64,000 nucleotides of DNA. Source: Octopus sinensis. Taxonomy: Eukaryota. Positions 39,571 through 52,950 of this stretch are shown one piece after another. A model generated the notes under the pieces. The model was not told the DNA's origin, did no database searches, and was given only the letters and a program-made list of their open reading frames with translations. The position numbers and the translations under genes were made by a program. Numbering within the stretch: the first letter of the stretch is position 1; every line of letters starts with the position of its first letter. The stretch is from contig NC_043017.1 in NCBI RefSeq assembly GCF_006345805.1, positions 33,480,001 through 33,544,000 on the forward strand, read 5' to 3'.

Positions 39571-40813
39571 TATAAAATATTATTACAGACAAAACCACTA
39601 TTTTGCAAAACAAACAAGGAAAGACTTTATCAATACATAAAATTTTAATAAATAGTCAAAAAAACCGCCACTACAATTGTTTCTTGTCTTGATCGACAAT
39701 CTTCAGGTGGACTTCCAATCTAAAATATCAATATTTTAAAATATAAAAATAATAATTTTAAAATAATTAAAGTATGAATGAAAAAATATAAATATATAAT
39801 CCATATATAACCTATATATAATCCATATATAATCAATATATAAACAATATATAAACTAAAATAAACCTATCAACAATTAAATATAAAATATAAAATATAA
39901 AATATAAAATATAAAACAAAACAAAAAAATAATAATAATATAATAATAAACTATATATACACACATACACATATACCTAATTATATATAACCATATCTAA
40001 CTACATACACTACATCACACACCTATATATATCCCTATACATACACATAAAAACGTCTAGGCAACTATAAATAAATAAAATAGCTAAATACTTCAACACA
40101 ATACTTATTCATACTCCCACACACACACACATACAACCCACATTCACGCTCTAGAAAACGGACATCACTTAAAATTATGAACGGAGAAATGGAATAAATG
40201 GAATTAAAAATTATATTCACTTGGTAAAACGAACACTACTTAAAAATTATGAATGAAACAATGCAATAAAACAACAGACATCGCAAATAGACACAAATTA
40301 CTACGAATTCCTTAACAAACCTACCATGATAAACCAAAACTCATAAAAACATATAATGATAAAATCTCCCTTTACTAAACTCTATAACATACCTATATAG
40401 CAATCCCTCTAACCTAAACATTCACACACAAATACACACACGTAAACCACACACCCACGACATATACAAATACCCACACCACTTACACATACCTATACAT
40501 ACATATAAACCTCAACATATACTCCAAAAACCCACTCAACCCCACACAGACAAATAAACACAAAAATTATGAATGGATTCTTTTATAAAACTACCATGAT
40601 AAGCTAAAACTCACAAAACATAAATGATAAAACCTCCCTTTACTAAACACTATAACATACTTATATAGCAATCCCTTTAACCTATACATTCACACACAAA
40701 TACACACACGTAAACCACACACCCATAACAAATACAAACACCCACCCCACTCACACACACCCACAAGTACATATAAGCCTCAACATATACACCAAACAAA
40801 ATTACTTTACCAT
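39571..40813. repeat. Left arm of a 1.24-kb inverted repeat
   Basis: Reverse complement of 42424-43662, with scattered single differences at spot-checked sites; the ORF track shows the same peptide on opposite strands. Confidence 0.92.
39668..39710 (-). ncRNA. Minimal type I hammerhead ribozyme motif, core intact
   Basis: CCAC CTGAAGA TTGTC gatcaa GACAA GAAA C AATT G TA GTGG: 4-bp stem I, 5-bp stem II, palindromic CAATTG domain III, GUA cleavage triplet. Confidence 0.7.
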
Positions 40814-41800
40814 GGAACTTAACATATGTATAAAAAGTATAACCGCTCTGGAAACGAACATCTTTTAAAATAATGAATGGAGAAATGGAATAAATGGAAT
40901 TAAAAATAATATTCACGTGGCAAAACGAACACCACTCAAAACGTATGAATGAAACAATGTAATAAAACAACCAACATCGAAAATAGACAAATTACCACGA
41001 ATTCCCTAAAAAAAACCATGATAAATCAAAACTCTTAAAAACATATAACGATAAAATCTCCCTTTGCTAAACTCTATAACAAACCTATATAGCAATCCCT
41101 CTAACCTAAACATTCACACACAAATACACACACGTAAACCACAGACCCACGACTTAAACACATACCTATACTAACTTATAAACCTCAATATACACCAAAA
41201 ACCCACTCCCTCCCCACACAGACAAATTAACACATACATCCCAAAACCTAAATAACAAACCCATATACACATTCACACACAAACACACACACACGCAAAA
41301 CACACACACACAACAGATACATATACTCCCTCACATATACGCATATACATACTCACTAAACTCGATATATACAACAATATTTACACACCCACACTCATAC
41401 AGATAAATAAATTATACAACTAAAAACTCACACACAATCTCATATACATAAACACTCCAATGAAAAACAACATTAAATACATCGTAATTAACCAGAATAT
41501 CATAAATAACAATATGACATAAGGAGAAATAAAATACATACTTACAAGTCAGTTTCAAATTATGAAGTGAAATTAAATTCTTAGCCGTTAAAAAAATCAA
41601 ACCAAAATTACGTTACCATAGAAATATAACTTATGTAAAAAAAGAATACGCGCCATGGAAAGTAAACGTCATTTAAAATTATGAATGGAGAAATAGAATA
41701 AATAGAACTAAAAACTATATCCACGTGGCAAACCAACACTACTTAAAAAAAATTTATTATGAATGGATTCTTTAATAAAACTACCATGATAAATTATTAT
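40140..41800 (+). mobile_element. Tandem diverged copies of a probable PLE endonuclease C-terminus plus CA-rich UTR
   Basis: Units near 40150, 40850 and 41670 (plus a partial near 40565); reading KIMNGEME*MELKIIFTWQNEHHSKRMNETM* resembles PLE EN ends (MN.LE..EI......LNE). Confidence 0.5.
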
Positions 41801-42423
41801 ATACATTTATGAGCTTTAGCTCATCTTAGCAGCTCTAACAAACAACTTGCAGTAACCCAAATCTATTCTCGATGCCTGCCTTACTACTACACTATTCCAT
41901 TCCTAATTCCAAGCAACGCTAGCCCACCACCCGGTTACAATTCCCAACTCCACCCATTCATTCACAATTTCAACGACGTTCGCCTCCACAGCGCTACATA
42001 TAAGCCTCAACATATACACCGGAGATTCGCTTTCACATCCGTGCGGATGGGTGAGAGTATACATTGAGTGTAGTGATGGGGCTCCCATTACTATACACAT
42101 TTGTACCTGTGTGGTAGTCTCCATGTGTATATTCACGCACGGGTATAAATGCAGGGGGTACACGCGCACGGCATGTGCGTGTACCCCCTCACATGTACAT
42201 ATGCATGCTAGTTGGGCTCGATATGTGCAACAATGTAATCGCGCCCGCATACATGCATATGGGCGAGTTGCACAATCAAAATACGCACACGTGTGTGTGT
42301 GCGTTCCCTGGTTGTGCAATTCACCCATCTGGGTGTGAGTAGGTGTAAGCGTATTGCTGTGGATGTCGAGCTTGATACGTATGTATATGAGTGTGTATTG
42401 GGGGGTTGTACGTATTTATTGTG

Positions 42424-43662
42424 ATGGTAAAGTAATTTTGTTTGGTGTATATGTTGAGGCTTATATGTACTTGTGGGTGTGTGTGAGTGGGGTGGGTGTT
42501 TGTATTTGTTATGGGTGTGTGGTTTACGTGTGTGTATTTGTGTGTGAATGTATAGGTTAAAGGGATTGCTATATAAGTATGTTATAGTGTTTAGTAAAGG
42601 GAGGTTTTATCATTTATGTTTTGTGAGTTTTAGCTTATCATGGTAGTTTTATAAAAGAATCCATTCATAATTTTTGTGTTTATTTGTCTGTGTGGGGTTG
42701 AGTGGGTTTTTGGAGTATATGTTGAGGTTATATGTATGTATAGGTATGTGTAAGTGGTGTGGGTATTTGTATATGTCGTGGGTGTGTGGTTTACGTGTGT
42801 GTATTTGTGTGTGAATGTTTAGGTTAGGGGGATTGCTATATAGGTATGTTATAGAGTTTAGTAAAGGGAGATTTTATCATTATATGTTTTTATGAGTTTT
42901 GGTTTATCATGGTAGGTTTGTTAAGGAATTCGTAGTAATTTGTGTCTATTTGCGATGTCTGTTGTTTTATTGCATTGTTTCATTCATAATTTTTAAGTAG
43001 TGTTCGTTTTACCAAGTGAATATAATTTTTAATTCCATTATTCCATTTCTCCGTTCATAATTTTAAGTGATGTCCGTTTTCTAGAACGTGAATGTGGGTT
43101 GTATGTGTGTGTGTGTGGGAGTATGAATAAGTATTGTGTTGAAGTATTTAGCTATTTTATTTATTTATAGTTGCCTAGACGTTTTTATGTGTATGTATAG
43201 GGATATATATATAGGTGTGTGATGTAGTGTATGTAGTTAGATATGGTTATATATAATTAGGTATATGTGTATGGGTGTATATATAGTTTATTATTATATT
43301 ATTATTATTTTTTTGTTTTGTTTTATATTTTATATTTTATATTTTATATTTTATATTTAATTGTTGATAGGTTTATTTTAGTTTATATATTGTTTATATA
43401 TTGATTGTATATGGATTATATATAGGTTATATATGGATTATATATTTATATATTTTTCATTCATACTTTAATTATTTTAAAATTATTATTTTTATATTTT
43501 AAAATATTGATATTGATTGGAAGTCCACCTGAAGATGTCGATCAAGACAAGAAACAATTGTAGTGGCGGTTTTTTTGACTATTTATTAAAATTTTATGTA
43601 TTGATAAAGTCTTTCCTGTTTCTTTTGCAAAATAGTGGTTTTGTCTCTAATAATATTTTATA
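42424..43662. repeat. Right arm of the 1.24-kb inverted repeat
   Basis: Reverse complement of 39571-40813; ends in (TA)n. Confidence 0.92.
43525..43566 (+). ncRNA. Minimal type I hammerhead ribozyme motif (second copy)
   Basis: CCAC CTGAAGA TGTC gatcaa GACA A GAAA C AATT G TA GTGG; one T missing from stem II relative to the left copy. Confidence 0.62.
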
Positions 43663-43665
43663 TAT

Positions 43666-43697
<32 letters not shown>

Positions 43698-43757
43698 ATA
43701 TATATAATATATATATATATATATAGATATATATATATATATAATATATATATATAT

Positions 43758-44170
43758 AGGCGCAGGAGTGGCTGTGTGGTAAGTAGCTTGTTTACCAACC
43801 ACATGGTTCCGGGTTCAGTCCCACTGTGTGGCACCTTGGGTAAGTGTCTTCTACTATAGTCTCGGGCCGACCAAAGCCTTGTGAGTGGATTTGGTAGACG
43901 GAAACTGAAAGAAGCCCGTTGTATATATGTATATATATATATGCGTGTGTGTGTTTGTGTGTCTGTGTTTGTCCCCCTAGCATTGCTTGACAACCGATGC
44001 TGGTGTGTTTATGTCCCCGTTACTTAGCGGTTCTGCAAAAGAGACCGATAGAATAAGTACTGGGCTTACAACAGAATAAGTCCCCAGGTCGAGTTGCTCG
44101 ATTAAAGGCGGTGCCCCAGCATGGCCGCAGTCAAATGACTGAAACAAATAAAAGAGTAAAAGAGTAAAGA
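43758..44170 (+). mobile_element. SINE-A inserted in (TA)n
   Basis: Full consensus with (TA)n on both sides. Confidence 0.92.
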
Positions 44171-44175
44171 GTATA

Positions 44176-44215
<40 letters not shown>

Positions 44216-45345
44216 CATTCAACTATGGTAGTAGTAGTAGATTAATATTCTTAAGGCCGCAATTCATTCACATGCAGGATATTTCAGAGCTTGTCGCTAA
44301 TTCAGGTCTTAATCAACCTGAAAACTGTTAACGGTTTGGAAGAGAAATGGTCCTTAGCTACAGTCTGGCATAAAAAATGGAGGTTTGATCCAGTAGAAAA
44401 AAGTTTGCATCAACATTTGTAGCAACGTTATAGGAGAGTAAGTAACGTCACCGATCGAGTTTAGAATCTTAGCTTCAATGATAGAAGGAAGCTTAAAGAA
44501 TTTTATAGTTTTAGCCCCATGCAACAAATGTTTGTATCAAAAAATTTGTGAGGTAAAATATAATGAAATATTATAAGGTAAAAAATAACTGGATTTATAC
44601 ATACTTGACTGTTTTTATTCTACAAACAAGCTATGTTTTAATTAAACATAAATGATAGAGCTCAATTCGAGGAAGTTCATGGTATCGATCTCATGCCATG
44701 AAGTTTTAAAAGAAAAATGTAATGAATGTTTGTTTCTCAAATATGAGGGTAATAATATAGTTCTATACTTTTTTATGAATATAGTTCTATAAAAGGACTT
44801 TTAATACATCATTGAGGTAAGGAAGAATTATCAACAACACGGCTAAATGACACATTTGTTACATTATTCATTGGTATAACAGCATAGCATGGGAAAATGC
44901 GAGCAAGAGAAATAATATTCTTGATAGTATAAACCTCGAAAACTACAGGACAAGTTGGAAAATTTCAGGACAGCTTATTACATCTGGTAAAGTACGGAAC
45001 GAGAAAATTTTTAATATGCGGAAATATGTGGGGGAAAGGAAGTCCCCTCCAGAACTCGCTTTAGCCACAAGTCTACATTCAAAATCTCAGAGGAATGTAA
45101 CATCATAACGCTAGCCAAGCATGTCTGGGCTTTAAAAGAAAGCGCGACGGAGTACGGCGTAAAGTGGAAGATCATAGAAAAAATGCAAGCCGTACTTCAA
45201 TAGTAACATGAAGTGCAAATTATGCCTGGCTAAGAAGACAGCGATTTTAAAAGGTACCCCATGACCGGATGTTTACCTCAGTATCAGGAATGAGATGTTT
45301 AATCCTTGTCAGCATGAAAGAAAGTACATTCTATCGTACCTGCAC
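44216..45345 (+). mobile_element. PLE RT-to-GIY-YIG endonuclease remnant
   Basis: The 3' part is clear: KYVGE..HKSTFK..TLAKHVWALKESATEYGVKWKIIEK..KCKLCLAKKTAILK..RNEMFNPCQHERKYILS. The 5' part only weakly resembles the ELVG..GLYRDDGLA RT region. Confidence 0.7.
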
Positions 45346-46099
45346 GACTCACCATGACTGCAACCACAGGCCCCCTGCTTCCACCTTCCGCGAACGACCT
45401 TTCATCAATGACCTTGGGTCCGACAAAAAGAGTTTGACCTAGACACACACCAATGTACATATGTACGTCTACGAACACCCCCATAAGACAGACACCTCCC
45501 ATGTAACTATCTCCACTACACCCAGCACATACCCCCTTACGGAAACTGTACCCTTACATATACACAAACCTCCCTACACACATATTATGCATTACACACC
45601 GCAGGCTAATTTAAAAAAACCCACAGCTTTATCCTTTAGAGAAAGAAAACAGAACAATGAACACAGCGTTATGTATAAATATACCCACAGAAAAATTTAT
45701 ACATTTGACACCGCTACACATACCGCAGGCCCCATACCACACATTCCATACCAGACACCCCATCTCGGCAGAGGTACCACTTTACTAATACAAATTTTCC
45801 CCACTTCAAAATAACTCTCGCCGGCTCCACCATTCACCTAAGCAAGGGAAATAACTCCTAGCCAAATCCCCTGGCCCAGTTTACATTCTAACACTTTTTT
45901 TTTGCAGTAGATGCCGTCCGCTGGTGCTAACCGAACTACGGCAGTGGGGAGCAGTCGCCATATTCGCTTCCATGCCGTTTACCTCTGATGAGCGTAATTA
46001 TGTAATTGGATTCTTACCTAACACTCCATTGTATCTTTTGCGTGAAACCGATCGGGGTGACCAGCTTTGATGGATAATTAATAATATAAAATCCGGATA

Positions 46100-47760
<1,661 letters not shown>

Positions 47761-48556
47761 CTACACACATGCACATGCACACACAAACATACGCGCACGA
47801 GCATATAAAGCAGATGTTACTGACTTCCCTTTTGAAGAAAATAAAAGAGGCAGCGAAACAGAAAATGGGGGAAAGAAAGAGATTGATTGAAAGAGCAACT
47901 CCCAAGGAACTTCTTGGAGAGGTTCTTCTCCACCAAGTGAAAAGCTGCTAGATTATGTTTAAAGTAAAATGAACTGTAGTGCATTACACCACACTTTACT
48001 GATTTGCTCTCTTTAAAACAACGTGAATTCGTATACTTTGGGCATCGTGTCTAATCAGGCCCTGTTTTATCTCATGACAATTTAATGCACAAATGATATG
48101 CTCTCTTAGCTCCTCTCCTTATGTTTGCGCACGTGATTGTGTGTTTCTATATGTAACTAAGAATGTGTGTTTGTATATGCTATACATGTTTGAGTTCACA
48201 AAGTAATACCAGAAAAAAGAAACAGACACAAACATTAAATAAAGGAATATTTTTGTATAAATATTTTGCTCGGTTTGGAGAACATAGAAGTCATTCAATT
48301 CGAAACTTAAGTATTGTTTTTTGAGGATCGAGCGGCCACCTTTGTTATTTGCCTATCGAATGGTTGCAACATTCGCCTTTCCTTGGCTTGACAGAAATAA
48401 AGTTTGGACTTTTGGGAGGCTCAGGTTGCTGAAGTCACCTGAACTTTTCTCTCCTTCCCTGGCCCCTCTTCTCCTGCCATTTAAACATTTTGAGGTCGTC
48501 CTTAGTTTGCTTCATATATGGGACATCGAAGGATGCAAAAGATGTAATTCTATTGA

Positions 48557-49560
48557 TTTCATTTAGAATTAATTATTATCACATACAAATTGATTTACAG
48601 GTTCGAGAAAAAGAAAACGATAGTCTCACCTCAACAAAAATTACATACTATATCGCCTTCCTACCCTACCAACATATTGAACTACTAAAGTACTTAGAAG
48701 GTGTTTTATCACTAAATTAAATTATTAGTATAGAACAATTATGAAATACAATGAAACGAATGATTGTAAATAATGTTATCATAAATTCATCGCATTTCTT
48801 GTCTTCTGGCTAAACTCACCTAAGAATCTAATAATGCCATTAATGAGATGTGAATTAATAAAAATCATATAAAAATGCCACAGACAACAAAAATAATACA
48901 TTATTGCAATGTTGAGTACACTAGCTCCTAAACATTGCAATAATTACCTATAAATTTCATATTTTATTGCTCACAAAATTAACTGTATTTTATTATATTG
49001 ACAGAGTCGATTATTATTTGGAGTGGATAGAGCAGCTTAAATTAGTGATGGGCGACTGAGTTATGTGTATGGATATGAGATTTGGATATGGTGACAGCTA
49101 AAGCGGTTATGTACGGAAAAAGAATGAAGAATACAAAAAGACGAACCTTTATGCACGTTGGGGTTGATAGAATGAGGGGCAGATAAAGTTGTCTGATACG
49201 AAGATACCATTCCAAAAGATGAGAAATAGCTGGAGCCCACAAGCAGGATGTTTCTATAGTTAGGTGGAAAGGTTTACAGATGGACGAAATTCCTCGAAGG
49301 CAAGAGTCCATTGTGAATGGCAGAAGAGTTGTGGTCACCAATGGATCTACCATATTGTAGGTCATTATGAAAAGATAAAAAAGTAATAATTTAATTTAGT
49401 GATAAAACACCTTCTAAATACTTTAGTAGTTCAATATGTTGGTAGGGTAGGAAGGCGTATGTACGTTTTGCTGAGGTAAGACTATCGTTTTTTTTTGTTT
49501 TGTTTTTTTGTCAAACATGTAAATGAATTTATATGTAATAATTATTAATTCTAAATGAAA
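48557..49560. repeat. Inverted repeat with ~170-bp arms (48557-48727, 49384-49560) and ~655-bp spacer
   Basis: ..GGTGTTTTATCACTAAATTAAATTATTA mirrors TAATAATTTAATTTAGTGATAAAACACC..; the arms are clearly homologous with several substitutions and indels. Confidence 0.85.
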
Positions 49561-50231
49561 GGGATACAACCTAGTCAAGCGGTTTTGAATGGTTAAACTA
49601 TTTGAACCCCTTTTTACCGTGTTCTTTGGCTTGGTACAACACAAAAATGAAGATTTTTTTTAGGAGTCAGGTGGATAAAATTGCCTGTCCTTTCTCTCTT
49701 ACTTCTTGACCCCTCTTCAAATACTGGTATTTGGATATTTTGTGGTTGTCATTGGTCTGCATCACATTTAATGTATTGTTGCTCTATTTGGCTGTGATTT
49801 TCTTCAGTTGTTGATGGCCATGGTAGGAAGATACGATTTGGCGGGTCTCTTCTGTCTAACTTTGTTATTGTTGTTGCCGCTGTGTTTTTATGTCTACTAT
49901 TGACACAACTATTTTTGTAACTGCAGTGGTCGGGATGTTGACAATAGTGGTTGACAATGGGGTTCGTCTTCACCGTGGAACAAAATATCCCAAGGTGGCT
50001 CATTTCGCAGCAACATATGTAGCATCTCGGTCCCTCATTTCCACTATTACTCGCCTTTCTTCACGATCCTTGAAAACGAAAGATCTAGGGTGCTCAACAG
50101 ATTTACAGGTGCGAATAACATCTTTAGCGAAATTCTTGCTCATTCAGTAGTGATATCATTCTTCCCAGATTCCTGAAGTGGGGAACATTATTCGCTTTTG
50201 TATCAGAACATAAGACGTTTAAAAGAGTGAA

Positions 50232-50349
50232 TCAAATTTGGCTGTGTAGTAAGAAATTTGCTTCCTAACCACATGGTTCCGGGTTCAGTCCCCCTGCGTA
50301 TCACCTTGGGCATGTGTCTTCTACTATAGCCTTGAGCCGACCAAAGCCT

Positions 50350-50352
<3 letters not shown>
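50232..50352 (+). mobile_element. SINE-A 5' fragment
   Basis: TGGCTGTGTAGTAAG..CACATGGTTCCGGGTTCAGTCCC..GACCAAAGCCTTGT, then (TA)n. Confidence 0.8.
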
Positions 50353-50411
<59 letters not shown>

Positions 50412-50654
50412 TATATAGACACACACACACATGTATGTATAAATTAAATTAAAAAATTTAAATTGATATTTAGAAAGGCAGCACTAAATGCAGTATCCAA
50501 ACCTTGTTTCGGGAAGTTCTAAGTGGTGGGCCTGCCGAGCACATTCACTACTTATGGCTTCCATGTGACTGAACAGCTAGCAGCTCATCACCAGTATATA
50601 ATCTTCGAGCGCAAACGGGATGTAAATCTTATAACTTTTGAAGCGTGTTATATC

Positions 50655-50754
50655 ACCTGATGAGGGTCCCTGCACTGTGCGTTGCATCTGATGTTATTAC
50701 GTCGTCCCACATCCACTACAGGGCAGTGCAGAACGAAGCCGAAATGATCGTTGT
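50655..50754 (+). ncRNA. Degenerate hammerhead-like motif with extended domain II
   Basis: AC CTGATGA GG..CTGCACTG..CAGTGCAG..CC GAAA TGATCG TT GT; stem I is only 2 bp; (TA)n follows about 50 nt later. Confidence 0.4.
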
Positions 50755-50798
50755 ACTAAATAAATCCTCAACGTACACATCGTCTTCCACATCAATCA

Positions 50799-50846
<48 letters not shown>

Positions 50847-51139
50847 ATATATATATATATATATTATTCTGTTGTGTCTGGGGAGAGTCATTCTCTTTTA
50901 GTACCTTATTATTTAACACACTCACCGGTAAAGTTTCCACTTATTTCGTCTTTTTGTTAAAAAGATTAAAACAAAAGACAAAAAAAAGACGTAAAAAGAC
51001 GAAAAAAGACAAAAAAGACGAAATAAGTGGAAATTTTACCGGTGAGTGTGTTAAATAATAAGGTACTAAAAGAGAATGACTCTCCCCAGACACAACAGAA
51101 TATGCTTCAACACACGAACTCATATAAAGAATCTTGCCA

Positions 51140-51365
51140 ACCAAATCCTCTTTGTGTCTGTGTTTGTTCCCCACCACCGTTTGACAACCGATCTTGGTGT
51201 GTTTACATCTCAGTAACTTTACGGTTCGGCAACAGACACCGATAGAATAAGTACCAGGCTTTAAAAAATAAGTACTGGGATGGATTGATTCAACTAAAAA
51301 ATTCTTCAAGGCAGTGCCCCAACATGTCCGCAGTGTAATGAGGGGAACAAGTTAAAGATTAAAGA
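51140..51365 (+). mobile_element. SINE-A 3' half, diverged
   Basis: TTTGACAACCGATCTTGGTGTGTTTAC..GGTTCGGC..CCGATAGAATAAGTACC. Confidence 0.75.
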
Positions 51366-51808
51366 TATAAACCTCATCGGATACAAAATTGCGTAGTTCA
51401 GCCCGGGAGGACAAACAGGTAACGATCTTTCAAGCTCAAAAGTATTGGCTTGCTGCAGAGACCTCAGAGTAAAGACACAAGCGATTGAGCCATCAGCTTT
51501 CTCATTGATGAAGTTGTTTCATAAGAAACCTTCAAGACTTTGGCATTGGAATACTTTGTCAATACAACCCCTGTTGTGCTCTCTTATAACGACCGTCAAA
51601 AGTTGTGTTATTGCAATCAGTACAAAGTTATTTAGCTGTTTCCTAACAATTAATACTGTTTTGTTTCAATATAATCAACCGAAACATTACAAATGTCTCT
51701 GAGTTGTTTCATTAAAATCATCACAATGATTGTCGTTATAATCACCACTTTTCGCTTTCATTATAATCAGCACGAAGTTGTGTCATTAAAACTTTCAACG
51801 CGGTCTGT

Positions 51809-51912
51809 CATTACAATCAACTATTACAACGACATCTTAACTGTTTCAAAACACCCAGCATTACAATCAACTATTACAACGACATCTTAACTGTTTCAAA
51901 ACACCCAGCATT
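51809..51912. repeat. Perfect 50-bp tandem duplication inside a degenerate ~24-bp-period array (about 51700-52010)
   Basis: CATTACAATCAACTATTACAACGACATCTTAACTGTTTCAAAACACCCAG x2; TCATTA(C/T/A)AA-like words recur at 23-25-bp spacing. Confidence 0.8.
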
Positions 51913-52321
51913 GAGCTGATCTTTGTCATTAGAACTGCTGGTCTTTGTTCGTACAACTACGGCTTAGATGCATCATTATAGCTGTTACTAGTTTTGTCAT
52001 AATAGCAACTGCTAAGATATTCTTCCAACTACCATTGAACTGAATCATTTAAACAACCTGCGAAGTGTTTCAATACAGCTAATGCACCTAATGTACTAAA
52101 ACATTTCAATCTTAAATAAGTTACAATTAAAAAAAGTATTTTAAAACTGTTAAATGTTTTCGAGTTAATTTGAATTCTTTTATAAATGTTTAAATGTTAT
52201 TTAATTACAGTTTCCGTTTCCTTTTCATACTTCATTATTTTAAACTTTTCAGTCATTTTCTAAAAGACATTTTATAACACATTGGCCAATATCGTCTGCT
52301 ATATACAAAACGATGGTATAA

Positions 52322-52696
52322 CCATTCAACTACGGTAGTAGTTGATTAATATTTTTAAGGCCGCAATTTACTCACCCGCAGCATATTTCAGATCTTGTAA
52401 CTACTTCAATTCTTACTCAAATTGAAAACTGTTACCATCTTTGAATAGTAATGGTCCCTAGCTACATTTTGGCATAAAAATATGGAGATTTGGTCGAGTA
52501 GAAAACACTCTACATAAAGAATTGTAGCAACGTTATAGGAGAGTAAGTAATGCCACCAATAGAGTTTAGATCTAAATATCGCTTTTATTTTAAAAGCAAA
52601 ATATATTTATCTTAGCTTCAATGATAGACGAAAGCATGAATAATATCATAGTTTTAGCCCCATGCAACAAAACTTTGTATCAAAAAAGTTGTGAGC
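52322..52696 (+). mobile_element. Diverged paralog of 44216-44553 (probable PLE RT remnant)
   Basis: CATTCAACTACGGTAGTAGT..TAAGGCCGCAATT..TGTAGCAACGTTATAGGAGAGTAAGTAA..TAGTTTTAGCCCCATGCAACAAA shared with 44216. Confidence 0.6.
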
Positions 52697-52894
52697 GCAT
52701 TATAGATAAATTCTCTGAACAATTACCCAGATGACTACACGCAGCTAAACACACATTCACATATTACAATCACGACCATACATAACTTGATATATACATG
52801 GCGCCCACAACTCTTAATGCATATGAACCTGAGGAACCATATTTGAATAACTTGTATTAAACATATTATCTTGCAATCTAGATCCATATATATG

Positions 52895-52945
<51 letters not shown>

Positions 52946-52950
<5 letters not shown>

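Noticed and set aside
48320-48545. Possible minus-strand exon (FASFDVPYMKQTKDD..AG/GTGAC donor)
   Set aside because: Weak acceptor, no recognisable domain and no partner exons.
49749-50150. Overlapping ORFs; the minus strand is faintly like a LINE ORF1
   Set aside because: Similarity too weak to call without a profile search.
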